The notes: a model not told the origin generated them from the letters alone. Positions 47,539-57,759 are shown, numbered from the stretch's first letter. The stretch is 64,000 nt of DNA from an uncultured delta proteobacterium (GCA_963798485.1 CAWCTR010000022.1:49454-113453); one strand, 5' to 3'. A program made the numbers and translations.

Positions 47539-49131
47539 CTATGCGTGTTTCCTGTTTATGTAGGCCTGCTGGGCAATCGAGAGGATATTGCTTACAAGCC
47601 AGTATATGACCAGGCCGGAGGGGAAGTTCAGGAACATGAAGGTAAAGACAACCGGCATAATGAGCATGATCTTCTGCTGGGTAGGGTCGCCGGTTGTAGG
47701 CGTCATCTTCTGCATTAAAAACTGGCTCGCCCCCATGAGGATCGGGGTGATGTAGTAGGGATCGCTGGCTGAAAGGTCGGGGAGCCATGTGCCGAAAATA
47801 TGGAACGGGGTGTGTCTGAGTTCGATGGCCTGGTAGAACAACCGGTAAAGGGCAAAGAGGATGGGGATCTGCAGGAGCATTGGCAGGCACCCGCCCATGG
47901 GATTGATCTTGTGCTCCTTGTAGAGCCGCATGAGCTCCTGGTTCAGCTTCTGCTTGTCGTCCTTGTACTGCTGCTGGATTTCCTTCATGAGCGGCTGGAT
48001 CTTCTGGAGCTCCTTCATGGAGGTGAAGCTCTTGAGCGTTAAGGGATAGAGCAGTATCTTGATCATGATGGTCAGGATGATGATGGTCCATCCATAGCTC
48101 CCCACGGATTTATGGATCCAGTTCATGGCGAAGAGCAGCGGCTTGGCGATGATATCGAAGAAACCGAAATCCAGGGCCTTGTTCAAATTGTAACCGACGG
48201 CCTCTAAAGGTTTCAGCTCCTTAGGGCCCAGGAAGATGAGGTTGTCCTTGATCAGGGATGAACCGGCGGCAATAGTGGCTGGTGCATAGGCGTAGTGGAG
48301 TTCCACTTTCGCCTCGCTGGTACGCCTGATGATGAGCGTGGTGCTTGAAGGTGTCTTGGGAATAACGGCCTGGAGGAAGTACTTGTCCTCAAATCCGAAC
48401 CACTGGATCTCGCCGGCAAAATCCCTATAGCTCCCGATTGTTTTAACCTTGTCCAGCTTGAATTCCTCAAGGTGCTTGCCGTATAGCAAGACCGGGCCTT
48501 CAAAGGCGTATCCGCCCCGTTTCTCATCGACCGGATAGGTTTTATCGAACAGGAGTTCTTCCGAGATGGCAGTAGGGGATGAGGTATGGTTCTCGATAAC
48601 GGCCTGGTACCCCATCAGATAGGTCTTGGGGTCTAGGGTGAAAACCTTTTTCAGGGTTATGCCTGGCGATGCCTGGCTACTGAACTCAATGACCTGTGGT
48701 TTGTCGGCAAGTGTTATGGTTGCCTGCAGGGATGATTCATACACAAGGCCGGCATCCGAGAACCCTCCTGAAAGCAGAATATTCGGCATGGGTGCCTTGA
48801 TGATCTCCACCGGCATTGCATCCTTGGCCATGGTGGTCAGGTATTTCTTCAATTTCAGAGAGACGAGCTGGGCGCCTTTGGTGTTGAATGTGGCAGTATA
48901 CAGGGGTGTATCTATGATGATGGCTTTGCCTGCCTTGTCCGCGGTTTGCGGGGCTGCAGCAGAGGAGGCATCCAGGGGTTTGGGCGCCAGCGCCGGCTGG
49001 CTTGGCGCAGCAGCCTGGGGTGCCGGCTTCGGCTCCGGTGCGGTTTTTATCTTTGTCTGGTCAAACAGTATGCCCCAGCCGAACAGAATGGCCATTGATA
49101 AAACGATGGCAAGCAGGGTCCTTTTTTCCAT
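47539..49131 (-). CDS. yidC: membrane protein insertase YidC
   Basis: 530 aa with an N-terminal TM, a large periplasmic domain and a C-terminal 5-TM core (GWTIIILTIMIKILLYPL, GCLPMLLQIPILFALY). Confidence 0.9.
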   Translation of the reverse strand: MEKRTLLAIVLSMAILFGWGILFDQTKIKTAPEPKPAPQAAAPSQPALAPKPLDASSAAAPQTADKAGKAIIIDTPLYTATFNTKGAQLVSLKLKKYLTTMAKDAMPVEIIKAPMPNILLSGGFSDAGLVYESSLQATITLADKPQVIEFSSQASPGITLKKVFTLDPKTYLMGYQAVIENHTSSPTAISEELLFDKTYPVDEKRGGYAFEGPVLLYGKHLEEFKLDKVKTIGSYRDFAGEIQWFGFEDKYFLQAVIPKTPSSTTLIIRRTSEAKVELHYAYAPATIAAGSSLIKDNLIFLGPKELKPLEAVGYNLNKALDFGFFDIIAKPLLFAMNWIHKSVGSYGWTIIILTIMIKILLYPLTLKSFTSMKELQKIQPLMKEIQQQYKDDKQKLNQELMRLYKEHKINPMGGCLPMLLQIPILFALYRLFYQAIELRHTPFHIFGTWLPDLSASDPYYITPILMGASQFLMQKMTPTTGDPTQQKIMLIMPVVFTFMFLNFPSGLVIYWLVSNILSIAQQAYINRKHA

Positions 49132-49155
49132 TTCGTCTTCATCTCCAGATAAGTA

Positions 49156-49365
49156 TTACACAGGATCGAATCCGCCTTTGTGAAACGGGTTGCAGCGAAG
49201 CACCCTCCATGCCGCCTTCAGGAGACCTCGTACAGGGCCGTGCTTGGCAATGGCCTGTGCTGCATATTCAGAGCAGCTTGGATAAAATCTGCACGAAGGC
49301 CTGAACATCGGGGAGATAACCTTCTGGTAGAGACGTATCAGTGTAATGAGTAAGGCTTTTCCCAT
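49156..49365 (-). CDS. yidD: membrane protein insertion efficiency factor YidD
   Basis: 69 aa with [11 protein letters not shown] and [12 protein letters not shown]. Confidence 0.85.
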   Translation of the reverse strand: MGKALLITLIRLYQKVISPMFRPSCRFYPSCSEYAAQAIAKHGPVRGLLKAAWRVLRCNPFHKGGFDPV

Positions 49366-49706
49366 GTGTAAGATCCAATGGCCTTTGTTAACTCCCCAAT
49401 GAGGTCGTGGTAACCGGTGTCCGCCATGCCGTTTTTTGCGATCAGGATATAATCATGGCCTTGAGGAAACAGATGTTTGTTTCTTCTGTATATCTCTCGC
49501 AAGAGCCTTTTTACCCTGTTTCTAACGACCGCGTCCCCGATTTTCTTGCTCGCAGTTAATCCAACACGAACGCGGGGCAGATCGTTTGGAGCAGCGAGGA
49601 TGACCAGGTGTTTGGTGACCAGTCTCGCAACCTTGTTCTTCTCAGCCCGTTTGAATTCAATCCGTTTTCTCAGCCGCTCAGCTCGGGGGAATTTCTCGTC
49701 CGGCAT
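49338..49706 (-). CDS. rnpA: ribonuclease P protein component
   Basis: 122 aa, basic, with the RNR motif region ([13 protein letters not shown]). Its ATG overlaps the rpmH stop. Confidence 0.85.
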   Translation of the reverse strand: MPDEKFPRAERLRKRIEFKRAEKNKVARLVTKHLVILAAPNDLPRVRVGLTASKKIGDAVVRNRVKRLLREIYRRNKHLFPQGHDYILIAKNGMADTGYHDLIGELTKAIGSYTWEKPYSLH

Positions 49707-49840
49707 CAGACTGACAGACGTTTCCTTCCCTTGGCCCTCCTCCGGTTGATGACGAGCCTTCCACCCTTGGTGCGCATACGAATCAGGAATCCGTGCGTAC
49801 GTTTCCGCCTTGTATTGTGCGGTTGAAATGTGCGCTTCAT
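49706..49840 (-). CDS. rpmH: 50S ribosomal protein L34
   Basis: Not in the ORF track (44 aa). The reverse complement translates to [44 protein letters not shown]. Confidence 0.9.
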   Translation of the reverse strand: MKRTFQPHNTRRKRTHGFLIRMRTKGGRLVINRRRAKGRKRLSV

Positions 49841-49949
49841 GAATTACCTCAATTTCTTATAGTTTTGAGCGGTAAGTATTTACATGCAGGGTAGGCCAAT
49901 GTCAAGCAACAAAAGGCCCCCCTAGCCTTCTCCTTGTCAGACACCGCCT

Positions 49950-50639
49950 TTGTACGCTATAGCTCAAATCATGCAAAAAGTGTTTTGCAAACGCGAGGTG
50001 ACCAATGGTCTGGACAGGGGCCCTTATGCTGTGGCAGCCAGGCTCGCCGAGCTCCTGCCCGGCAGCCGTATTGTCTGCCTGGCGCAGATTCATTCGGACA
50101 GGATCGTCAGGGCCGAGGATATAGCCCCCGGGGTATTTCCGGAGGCGGACGCGGTCATTTCTCTCGACCCGTCAAAAGTCCTGTGCATCCGCACTGCCGA
50201 CTGCGTGCCGCTGCTCATGTGGGCCGAGGACGCGCCGATAATCGCTGCCGTTCATGCCGGATGGAAAGGGCTCGCCAAGGGGATCGTCTCCAAGACGGTG
50301 GGTTGCATGCGCGCAGAAGGCGCACAGCATATCCATGTGAGCATGGGGCCATGCATAGGGCCGTGCTGCTATGCCGTGGGATCTGAGGTCTTTGCCGCCC
50401 TTGAGGCAGTACCTGAACGCACCCTCGATGGGAGACCTTCTGTGGATCTGCACCGTGTCGCTACCCTCCAGGCCAAAGACGCAGGCGTATCGCCTGATAT
50501 GATACACCAGGTGCCGGCCTGCACATGCTGTAACAGTGACTCATTCTTTTCCTACCGGAGGGAAGGGGAGCATACAGGCAGGAACATCTCGCTTATCGGA
50601 GGACAGGCATGCTCGTTGCCGGGCTTACAGGCTCTATAG
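49950..50639 (+). CDS. pgeF: YfiH/PgeF-family purine nucleoside phosphorylase / peptidoglycan editing factor
   Basis: Contains QIHSDRIV, TADCVPLL, HAGWKG and CIGPCCY. TTG start as tracked; an ATG at 49971 is also possible. Confidence 0.8.
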   Translation: MYAIAQIMQKVFCKREVTNGLDRGPYAVAARLAELLPGSRIVCLAQIHSDRIVRAEDIAPGVFPEADAVISLDPSKVLCIRTADCVPLLMWAEDAPIIAAVHAGWKGLAKGIVSKTVGCMRAEGAQHIHVSMGPCIGPCCYAVGSEVFAALEAVPERTLDGRPSVDLHRVATLQAKDAGVSPDMIHQVPACTCCNSDSFFSYRREGEHTGRNISLIGGQACSLPGLQAL

Positions 50640-51226
50640 CCACAGGGAAATCCACAGTTTCGGGCATCCTGAAGGAACTTGGCGCATTCATCGTGGATGC
50701 AGACCGCGCAGCCCACGAGGTAGTTCTTCCCGGTACCAAGGCCTGGAATGAGATCGCGAGGATCTTCGGCAAGGAAATCCTGCAGAAATCCGGTGAGATA
50801 GATCGGGAGCGCTTGGGCCGTATCATATTCAACGATTCAGCCATGCGGGGCATCCTCGAAGAGGTGGTCCACCCGGAGGTTATGCGGGCCATGGATGAGC
50901 AGATCGGCTCCATCAAGTCGGGTTTTCCCGATGCAGTAGTGATCCTTGACGTACCACTGCTCATCGAGACAGGCATGTACAAGGGGCTCCGTGAGGTCAT
51001 CGTGGTGTACTGCCCTGAAGACATGCAGATAACTCGGCTCATGGTCAGGGATAAGATCAGCCGGGAAGAGGCCCTCGCAAAAGTCCGCGCCCAGATATCC
51101 ATCGAGGAGAAGAGGCGCTATGCAACACTGCTCATCGACAACAGCGCTTCAAAGGACAATACCACAAAGCAGGCGAAGAACGCCTATGATCGGTTCAAAG
51201 AAAAGGCGGGAGAGGTTAAGGGGTAA
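50609..51226 (+). CDS. coaE: dephospho-CoA kinase
   Basis: Starts MLVAGLTGSIATGKSTV and contains DADRAAHEV. 205 aa. Confidence 0.9.
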   Translation: MLVAGLTGSIATGKSTVSGILKELGAFIVDADRAAHEVVLPGTKAWNEIARIFGKEILQKSGEIDRERLGRIIFNDSAMRGILEEVVHPEVMRAMDEQIGSIKSGFPDAVVILDVPLLIETGMYKGLREVIVVYCPEDMQITRLMVRDKISREEALAKVRAQISIEEKRRYATLLIDNSASKDNTTKQAKNAYDRFKEKAGEVKG

Positions 51227-51268
51227 AGGATAGATTTTTAGTTTGGCCGAAAAATCGAGGCATCCCTT

Positions 51269-52171
51269 TTATCGCTTGACGGGCTGTTTGGCAGGGGGGG
51301 CTACGGTCTTTTTCACCTCTATCGGAGGTTTTGCCGACAATCCGGCATCCAGGAGTTCTTTGTCAAGATCCGACAATTCATCGGCTTCTATGGCTTCGGC
51401 CTTTGGCTGCTCAATATCCTCAGTGGTTATCCCCTGTGCTGCCATCTCTTTGACGATGAGTGCCTGAAAACTCTTGGCGTCCCTGAAATGCGGATTTATC
51501 TCAAGGGCCTTTTTCAGCCATGCCAGGGCATTATTCCATTCCTTTATGTCATAATATATCCGCACTATATTGAAATAGAGGTGCTCGTCTTTGGGTGAGA
51601 TGGTAATGGCCTTCTGGTAGTTTGCCAGGGCCTCTTCCAGCATGTTGGCCTTCCTCAGTTCTATCCCGAACTCATTGAAGATGTGTTTGTTATCCTCTTC
51701 GAAGATGGCCTCGACCTCGGAGAGCTTCCTGAACACGTCCTTTGCCTTGGCGGTATCACCCATCTCCATGTACAGGGTCCCTATGCCGAAGTTGGCCCTG
51801 ATGCTTTCGGGGTCTATCTTCAATGCATAGGTATATTCGAACTCGGCCGAATAGAGCTCGCCCCGGGCCCTTTGTTTTTCAGCCACGGCAACATGCCGGT
51901 CGTGCTCAGCCTCATCTTTTGTCTTTACCCGGTAGTTGGGTTCAAAGGTATATCGTTTCAGAAACTCGTCATAGGCGATCTCTATGACAATGCCGGTGGG
52001 TTTTCCTTCGTTGCCCAGGAAGGTAAGCTTGACCTTTCCATTATCAATCTGTTCGGCCTGGCAATAGTTTTTCATCTTCTGGGTCTTCTGGGTATGACCG
52101 GTCCCCAGGGTAATGGTGGCTTCCTCGAAAAAAATCCCTTGGATTTTCCTCACATATTTTGATTGGGCCAT
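51269..52171 (-). CDS. TPR-repeat protein (300 aa)
   Basis: Several TPR-like units (ANFGIGTLYMEMGDTAKA, EEALANYQKAITISP, NALAWLKKALEINP). The N-terminal approx. 90 aa are of unknown type. Confidence 0.6.
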   Translation of the reverse strand: MAQSKYVRKIQGIFFEEATITLGTGHTQKTQKMKNYCQAEQIDNGKVKLTFLGNEGKPTGIVIEIAYDEFLKRYTFEPNYRVKTKDEAEHDRHVAVAEKQRARGELYSAEFEYTYALKIDPESIRANFGIGTLYMEMGDTAKAKDVFRKLSEVEAIFEEDNKHIFNEFGIELRKANMLEEALANYQKAITISPKDEHLYFNIVRIYYDIKEWNNALAWLKKALEINPHFRDAKSFQALIVKEMAAQGITTEDIEQPKAEAIEADELSDLDKELLDAGLSAKPPIEVKKTVAPPAKQPVKR

Positions 52172-52296
52172 ATTTTTTTACTATCGGTTTTTCATGGGGA
52201 GAAGTTTACATATAACCATGATCAGAACCGGGTGTTGACGCATGGGTAGGTAATATGGCAACCCTATGAGGTATCACGTACAGGGTAAGGGGGGGT

Positions 52297-53106
52297 GTGA
52301 TGAAACCAATCGGCTTTATCGGCGCAGGCAATATGGCAGAGGCGATTATCTCCGGACTGATAAAGAAAGCCCTGATAACCCCCCAAGAAATCATGGTATT
52401 CGACATCAAACCGGAACGTATGGACCACCTGAGGATGGTCTTCGGCATCGAATGTGCCGCATCCGTACAGGGGCTTGTCAACTCGCGGGAGATCATAATC
52501 CTGGCCGTCAAGCCCGACCAGATCACGACCCTGCTGAAAGGCATCAAGGGCTCCCTTGCCGGGAAGCTCATTATCAGCATTGCAGCCGGTGTAACATTAA
52601 AAAGCATGCTCGATGTACTGGGCTCAGAGGCCAAGATAGTGAGGGTGATGCCCAATACTCCGGCACTGGTGCTCCAAGGCGCCACCGTACTTGCGGCATC
52701 ATCATCGTGCACGGAGGAGGAAAAAGGGATTGCAAAGGCGGTCTTCTTCGCTGTGGGTATATGCCTTGAGATGGAAGAGAAATTCATCAATGCGGTCACG
52801 GCCCTTTCAGGTTCGGGCCCGGCATTCTGCTTTTTGTTCCTGGAGGCAATGTGCGATGGGGCGGTAAAGGCCGGTCTGCCGAGAGATGTGGCCTTACAGC
52901 TTGCAGCGGCGACCATGAAGGGGGCCGGTGCAATGGTCCTCGAACTTGGGAAGCACCCGGGCCAGCTCAAGGACATGGTAACCTCTCCTTCAGGCACAAC
53001 CATAGAGGGGATCTCCGTTCTGGAATCCAAGGGCTTCCGCTCAGCGGTGATAGAGGCCCTCACCGCTGCCTATAAAAGGGCTGAGGTCATGTCGGGGAAG
53101 GGTTGA
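52297..53106 (+). CDS. proC: pyrroline-5-carboxylate reductase
   Basis: Contains IGFIGAGNMAEAI, MPNTPALV and SPSGTTIEG. Confidence 0.9.
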   Translation: MMKPIGFIGAGNMAEAIISGLIKKALITPQEIMVFDIKPERMDHLRMVFGIECAASVQGLVNSREIIILAVKPDQITTLLKGIKGSLAGKLIISIAAGVTLKSMLDVLGSEAKIVRVMPNTPALVLQGATVLAASSSCTEEEKGIAKAVFFAVGICLEMEEKFINAVTALSGSGPAFCFLFLEAMCDGAVKAGLPRDVALQLAAATMKGAGAMVLELGKHPGQLKDMVTSPSGTTIEGISVLESKGFRSAVIEALTAAYKRAEVMSGKG

Positions 53107-53116
53107 TATTCCTTAA

Positions 53117-53770
53117 TTAATACACCTTCGAATTCTTGATGATCTCCACGGCGTCTTTCGACGAGTCTACAAGGGTAAAGATGGACCTGTCTTCAGGCAG
53201 TATCATGCCTTCCTTCAGCATGGTGTCCTCGATCCATTCAAGCAGGCCGGCCCAATATTGTGAACCTATCATGATCACCGGGAAGGGCTTGAGCTTGTCG
53301 GTCTGGATCAGGGTGAGGGCCTCGAAGAGCTCGTCCATGGTCCCGAACCCGCCGGGGAAGATGACATAGCTCATGGCATACTTGACGAACATGACCTTGC
53401 GCACGAAGAAGTAACGGAAGTTGAGGTGAATGGTGGTATAGGGATTGGACTTCTGTTCAAAGGGCAGGACGATATTCAGCCCCACTGTCTGCCCTCCGGC
53501 CTCATACGCCCCTTTGTTCGCCGCCTCCATGATGCCCGGGCCGCCGCCTGTTATTACTGAGAATCCTTCATTGGCCAGCATCCGTCCAAGCTCTTCGGCC
53601 ATGGTATAGTACTTGTCTCCGGGTTTTGACCTGGCGGAGCCGAAGATGGTGACGGCAGGCTCCAGGGGGGACAGCTGCTCGATGCCGTCCACGAACTCGG
53701 CCATGACCCTGAAAACCCTCCACGATTCCTGTGGTTTGATCTGGTCAATGATATATTTCTCGTTCTTCAT
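53117..53770 (-). CDS. LOG-family (TIGR00730) nucleotide phosphoribohydrolase
   Basis: Contains GGGPGIMEAANKGA and PGGFGTMDELFE. Confidence 0.85.
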   Translation of the reverse strand: MKNEKYIIDQIKPQESWRVFRVMAEFVDGIEQLSPLEPAVTIFGSARSKPGDKYYTMAEELGRMLANEGFSVITGGGPGIMEAANKGAYEAGGQTVGLNIVLPFEQKSNPYTTIHLNFRYFFVRKVMFVKYAMSYVIFPGGFGTMDELFEALTLIQTDKLKPFPVIMIGSQYWAGLLEWIEDTMLKEGMILPEDRSIFTLVDSSKDAVEIIKNSKVY

Positions 53771-53840
53771 TTGTTCGCTCCTTACAAGGATTCACAATCA
53801 ATTGCCTTATCGGCACCCTGAGTGGTAGGATTTACCTGCC

Positions 53841-54713
53841 GTGTACGACCTCCACATCCATACATCACATTCTTCGGACGGGCAATACGGGCCCGGCGAA
53901 ATCATGCGCATGGCCAGGGCATGCAATCTGACAGGCCTGGCCTTCACGGATCACATGGACACCTCTGCCGTGGCCGAAGGTATGAGCCTGGCCCCTGCAT
54001 ACGGGCTGAATTTTATTTCCGGTGTGGAGCTCTCGACCGTTCTCTATGGCCGGGAATATCACCTCCTGGTCTATGGGTTCGACCCGGATAATGCGATAAT
54101 AAAAGGATTTCTTGAGCAACACTGCCGGGCCATCTGGGATAAGGCCATTGAGATACTCAAGGTATTCACTCAGATGGGTTTTGATATCAGGAAGGACGAT
54201 GTCAAGGCATGGGGCCTCTCGGTGCCAACCGGGGTGACCTTTCTCAATGCGCTGGTCAAAAGGAACCAAGGGGACAAGAGGCTTCAGGAGTACATCAGTG
54301 GGCACAAGGCGTCCTCCCCGTATCTGAACTTTTATAAGGATTATGCCCTCAGTGATATCGGAACCATGGTACGCTCCGCCTTGCCCGATCTCATAGAGAC
54401 CATGCGGCTGCTTAAGGGCTCCGGCGTGTTCATCCTCGCCCATCCTGATAACACGGATACGGCAATCCTGAAGGAGCTGAAGGGTGAAGGCCTTTGCGGG
54501 ATCGAGGCCTACAGTACGCATCACACCGAGAGGACAATGGAGCACCTTGTGGAAGAGGCCAGGTCGTTGGACCTGATGGTAAGCTCGGGATCCGATTTTC
54601 ACGGAGAGCTTATCAAGCCGGGCATCGGTCTCGGTGATTCATCCCTTAAGCCTGATGATGAGCTCATCATTATGCTTCAGGGAAGACAGGGAAATAAGGT
54701 GATAGGTTCTTGA
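53841..54713 (+). CDS. PHP-domain phosphoesterase (TrpH/YciV-like)
   Basis: Contains YDLHIHTSHSSDG, FTDH and GIEAYSTHH. GTG start. Confidence 0.8.
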   Translation: MYDLHIHTSHSSDGQYGPGEIMRMARACNLTGLAFTDHMDTSAVAEGMSLAPAYGLNFISGVELSTVLYGREYHLLVYGFDPDNAIIKGFLEQHCRAIWDKAIEILKVFTQMGFDIRKDDVKAWGLSVPTGVTFLNALVKRNQGDKRLQEYISGHKASSPYLNFYKDYALSDIGTMVRSALPDLIETMRLLKGSGVFILAHPDNTDTAILKELKGEGLCGIEAYSTHHTERTMEHLVEEARSLDLMVSSGSDFHGELIKPGIGLGDSSLKPDDELIIMLQGRQGNKVIGS

Positions 54714-54752
54714 GTCGGTGCCCTTTACAGACCGTGTGCGTCCGCCCACATT

Positions 54753-56903
54753 TTATTCAATATGTGTAATAAGTCGTCTCCCAAGTGACAGGGGTAATAT
54801 ACCCGGTATTTGGGAGATATCCTTAGTATAGACCGCTCCTGTTGAAGATATGAATTTCATGACACCCTTGTCCGGATCAATAGACGGACCAAAGGCCCTG
54901 CCCATAAACATGGCCTCTGTCCCGGTTTGCCTTCCCGTGAGGGCATCATACTCTTGAAGCATGGATATGCCGGTGTCGATGCCTCCGCAGGGGGTCTCTT
55001 CTTTCCAGGTGCTGATAAAAAACTTGTTGTCCAAGATGGTCATGCCTGAGGGTGAGCCTCCTTCGAGGGAGACAGACCAAACATTACGGTAAGCGGTATA
55101 GCACTCAAGCCTGTTATTGCTTGCCACGATGAGATAAAGCCCCTTTCGCCGGCTGAACGGACGTATCTCCATAATGGCGTTATCGGTGGTGGTGTTTATG
55201 ATGCCCTCTCGTTCGAGCCTGTTGTTAAAGAGATAGACAAGGCCGTCGGATGTACCTGCAAAAACCCCGCCTGTGCACGGGTCATAGCGTACTACATTAA
55301 TGGTATGGTTTACTTCGAATTGGGCCTGCGCTGCGCCGGTTTCAAGATTGTACGCATGCAGGGTGGGGCCATTACTGAGATAGGCCATGGAATCGGATGC
55401 ATCGAAACAAGACCCGTTATGCTGCCAGAGGACCTGCGGCCCTTGGCCAATACATGAAATGATGCCCAGCCTGTTCGGGCCTGTTATGACCCGGTCGCCT
55501 CTCAGACACACCTCACCTCCGATACCTGTCATAAGCCAGGTCAGGCTGCCTTCGGGCATGGTGACCTTAAGGAGCTGATCACGGGATGTGGTGCAGTACA
55601 GGTCTGTCTGTGTGGCCACAAGGTCATGGGCAAGGCCATTCAGGAAAAGATCCGGGCATGATACCAGGCTTAAAGGACTAACGACACTCGGTCTGAAAAA
55701 CCGGCATTTGTCGGTCGTGAGCCAGGGCGGATCGAGGCGTGCCCGGAGGTTCTTCAGCATCAGATCCTGGTCGTTACGAATCACCATAGGCTGGGTAATA
55801 AGCATCTGTTCAGGGGCCAAGATCTCGCGTGCCGGCATATACTGTCCCCCACCCTTGATAGCCACGCTTCTCAGAAACTCCGTGTCAGGGCCGACAATGT
55901 GGACACTGATACCCAGAGACTTCGCATAGGACGAGACATCATCAAGGCAGTGAGAGCCTTCCCCTTCATAGGCAGTGTCTTTAACGTTTCCATCGTGATC
56001 AAAGTCCTTCAGCCAGGGAGGCAGGTGGCCGTCGTTTATGGGAACACCTGCAGTAACCAGAATGATATGCTTGCCGGATACACACTGCGAAGGGAACAGC
56101 GTTGTTGCTTTATACAATACCTCCGACAAAGGGGCTGAGCCGGATGCCGGATGAACGCCGTCAAGGCCCTCAAGGATCTTCTGCCAGTCAAGGGTAAAAG
56201 GTTGGATTACGCCTTGTGACGTGCTCATAAGGGACACCTCACAGAGATCCAAGGATTCAAAGAGCGACCTGGTAAAAGAGAAGGCCTTCGTCCACACGGA
56301 CATTGCTCCTGTCAGGCTGCCGAGCGCCGGGGCCCTTTGATATGAGTTGCCCCACCTTCCCTTGAAATAGGTGCCCTCTGCGTTCGTGTAGGTGTCCTCA
56401 ATCTCGCAGATATCTGAGATGTGGGTTATGCCCCCTGCCGTCCATTTTGCATAGAGCGCATCATCCGAGTATTCTTGGCCGGATGATGCAGCAGTGGTTA
56501 TCGAATCATCAACAATGATTATGATATGTGGTCTCTGGGCAATCCGGGTGATGCCTTGCGTGCAATCCGCGCCCTGTTCTCTTAATGCCACGTGCCAGGA
56601 ATATGACTGCATAGCGCTGGTTGAGCGTTCGGTGAGCCTGGTGGAGAAACATATATGGTCCCACCCTTCAGGCGCCCCAAGCAGTTTATTGGTTGAGGAT
56701 GGCATAGTCCCATCTTGAGGGGCAAAGAGCTGATCTTTAATGATGCGGTAGAAGGCGTTGCTCGATTTCATATGGTACAAGGTTATGGATGCCGACGTGA
56801 TGGTCAGCCCCAGGATCACGGCAAGGAGCATAAGCACAAAGGCAAGAACAAAGCCTTGCTCATTGGATGGGGGAGGATAAAGAGAGTTCCTTTTCTGTCC
56901 CAT
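54753..56903 (-). CDS. PilX-N-like anchored vWA + beta-propeller protein (PilY1-like adhesin candidate)
   Basis: 716 aa. N-terminal hydrophobic segment GFVLAFVLMLLAVILGLTI. vWA-like strands (HIIIIVDDSITT, HIILVTAGVPINDG). The C-terminal approx. 300 aa have PQQ/BamB-like propeller character. Overlaps the upstream gene by 44 nt. Confidence 0.55.
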   Translation of the reverse strand: MGQKRNSLYPPPSNEQGFVLAFVLMLLAVILGLTITSASITLYHMKSSNAFYRIIKDQLFAPQDGTMPSSTNKLLGAPEGWDHICFSTRLTERSTSAMQSYSWHVALREQGADCTQGITRIAQRPHIIIIVDDSITTAASSGQEYSDDALYAKWTAGGITHISDICEIEDTYTNAEGTYFKGRWGNSYQRAPALGSLTGAMSVWTKAFSFTRSLFESLDLCEVSLMSTSQGVIQPFTLDWQKILEGLDGVHPASGSAPLSEVLYKATTLFPSQCVSGKHIILVTAGVPINDGHLPPWLKDFDHDGNVKDTAYEGEGSHCLDDVSSYAKSLGISVHIVGPDTEFLRSVAIKGGGQYMPAREILAPEQMLITQPMVIRNDQDLMLKNLRARLDPPWLTTDKCRFFRPSVVSPLSLVSCPDLFLNGLAHDLVATQTDLYCTTSRDQLLKVTMPEGSLTWLMTGIGGEVCLRGDRVITGPNRLGIISCIGQGPQVLWQHNGSCFDASDSMAYLSNGPTLHAYNLETGAAQAQFEVNHTINVVRYDPCTGGVFAGTSDGLVYLFNNRLEREGIINTTTDNAIMEIRPFSRRKGLYLIVASNNRLECYTAYRNVWSVSLEGGSPSGMTILDNKFFISTWKEETPCGGIDTGISMLQEYDALTGRQTGTEAMFMGRAFGPSIDPDKGVMKFISSTGAVYTKDISQIPGILPLSLGRRLITHIE

Positions 56904-57546
56904 GGTATCTTGACCTCATGTGAATTGTCAGATCATTGCCTGAAATCGTTGGATGAAAGAGGACCACCGCCTCTGCAAGCAGTTCGTTGTTTCGGTAGAG
57001 GCCGTCTCCCTTCAGCTCATAATGGATAGCCGGGACCACCCTGTCACCCTGTGCAGGCATTACGGCGCATATCAGAGGGACCCTGTTGTTACCCCGTTTA
57101 TAGTTGTGGCCTACAACACCCGGGCCGCTCTCGGTTAATATTCCAAGGTCGGCCCAAAAGTCTGCATGGCCGTCATTGTCGATATCTACGGTATCGAGTA
57201 TTGCGCCCCCGTCAACTGAGGAATTGATGAGTGCATAGTAAGGCGCCGGATTGGTCAAGGATATGTTGATGCCGGGATTTTCCGATGTGACAGGCACCCC
57301 TGCAATAAAAAGTTCACTGCCCTGAACCGCAATCTTAAGGTCCTGCGGGAGCAGTAATGCGCACTGTACGAGATCTGCATTCAAGCGGATCGAGGCCTGG
57401 CGGAGCGACTGCATGCAGTACCATGCCTCTCTCATTTCTTGATGCGTAACAGCCGACACCTGGTAGAACTGATAGAGCGCGAGAAAGAGTATTGATGAGC
57501 ATGCAAGCGCTATAAGCAGCTCCACCAGGCCCACACCTTTTTCCAT
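56860..57546 (-). CDS. prepilin-type N-terminal domain protein (PilW/GspJ-like minor pilin)
   Basis: Starts MEKGVGLVELLIALACSSILFLAL (a G-x-x-L-V-E-L prepilin-like motif). Contains the DxDxDG-like Ca-loop VDIDNDGHAD. Confidence 0.6.
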   Translation of the reverse strand: MEKGVGLVELLIALACSSILFLALYQFYQVSAVTHQEMREAWYCMQSLRQASIRLNADLVQCALLLPQDLKIAVQGSELFIAGVPVTSENPGINISLTNPAPYYALINSSVDGGAILDTVDIDNDGHADFWADLGILTESGPGVVGHNYKRGNNRVPLICAVMPAQGDRVVPAIHYELKGDGLYRNNELLAEAVVLFHPTISGNDLTIHMRSRYHGTEKELSLSSPIQ

Positions 57547-57633
57547 CCCGCACCCCTTTCACTATACAACGTGCCCATATGAAAGGAAGGATAATCCTTG
57601 GGAAGAGAAATCAAAAAAAGAAGGGTGGCATGC

Positions 57634-57662
57634 TCAACAATAATACAGAATTAGAGTATAAT
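57634..57662 (+). promoter_or_regulatory. candidate sigma-70 promoter for the TPR gene
   Basis: TCAACA (57634-57639), a 17-nt spacer, then a perfect TATAAT (57657-57662), about 100 nt upstream of the ATG at 57760. Confidence 0.3.
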
Positions 57663-57759
57663 ACTATTAACCCCGTGCTTGTCAAGGGATGAAAGTGGAC
57701 CCTGGAAAAAGGCAATGGACAACCTGAAAAGATATTGATAATAATCGCACCAAAACAAG

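Noticed and set aside
52206-53063. 285-aa ORF on the minus strand, opposite proC (and 167-aa ORF 52266-52769 in another plus frame)
   Set aside because: These are antisense or alternative-frame shadows of proC, which has clear motifs (GAGNMAEAI, SPSGTTIEG). Their composition is Ala/Pro/Ser/Arg-biased.
53865-54602. 245-aa ORF antisense to the PHP phosphoesterase gene
   Set aside because: The sense-strand gene has the PHP His motifs, and the antisense product has no recognisable features.
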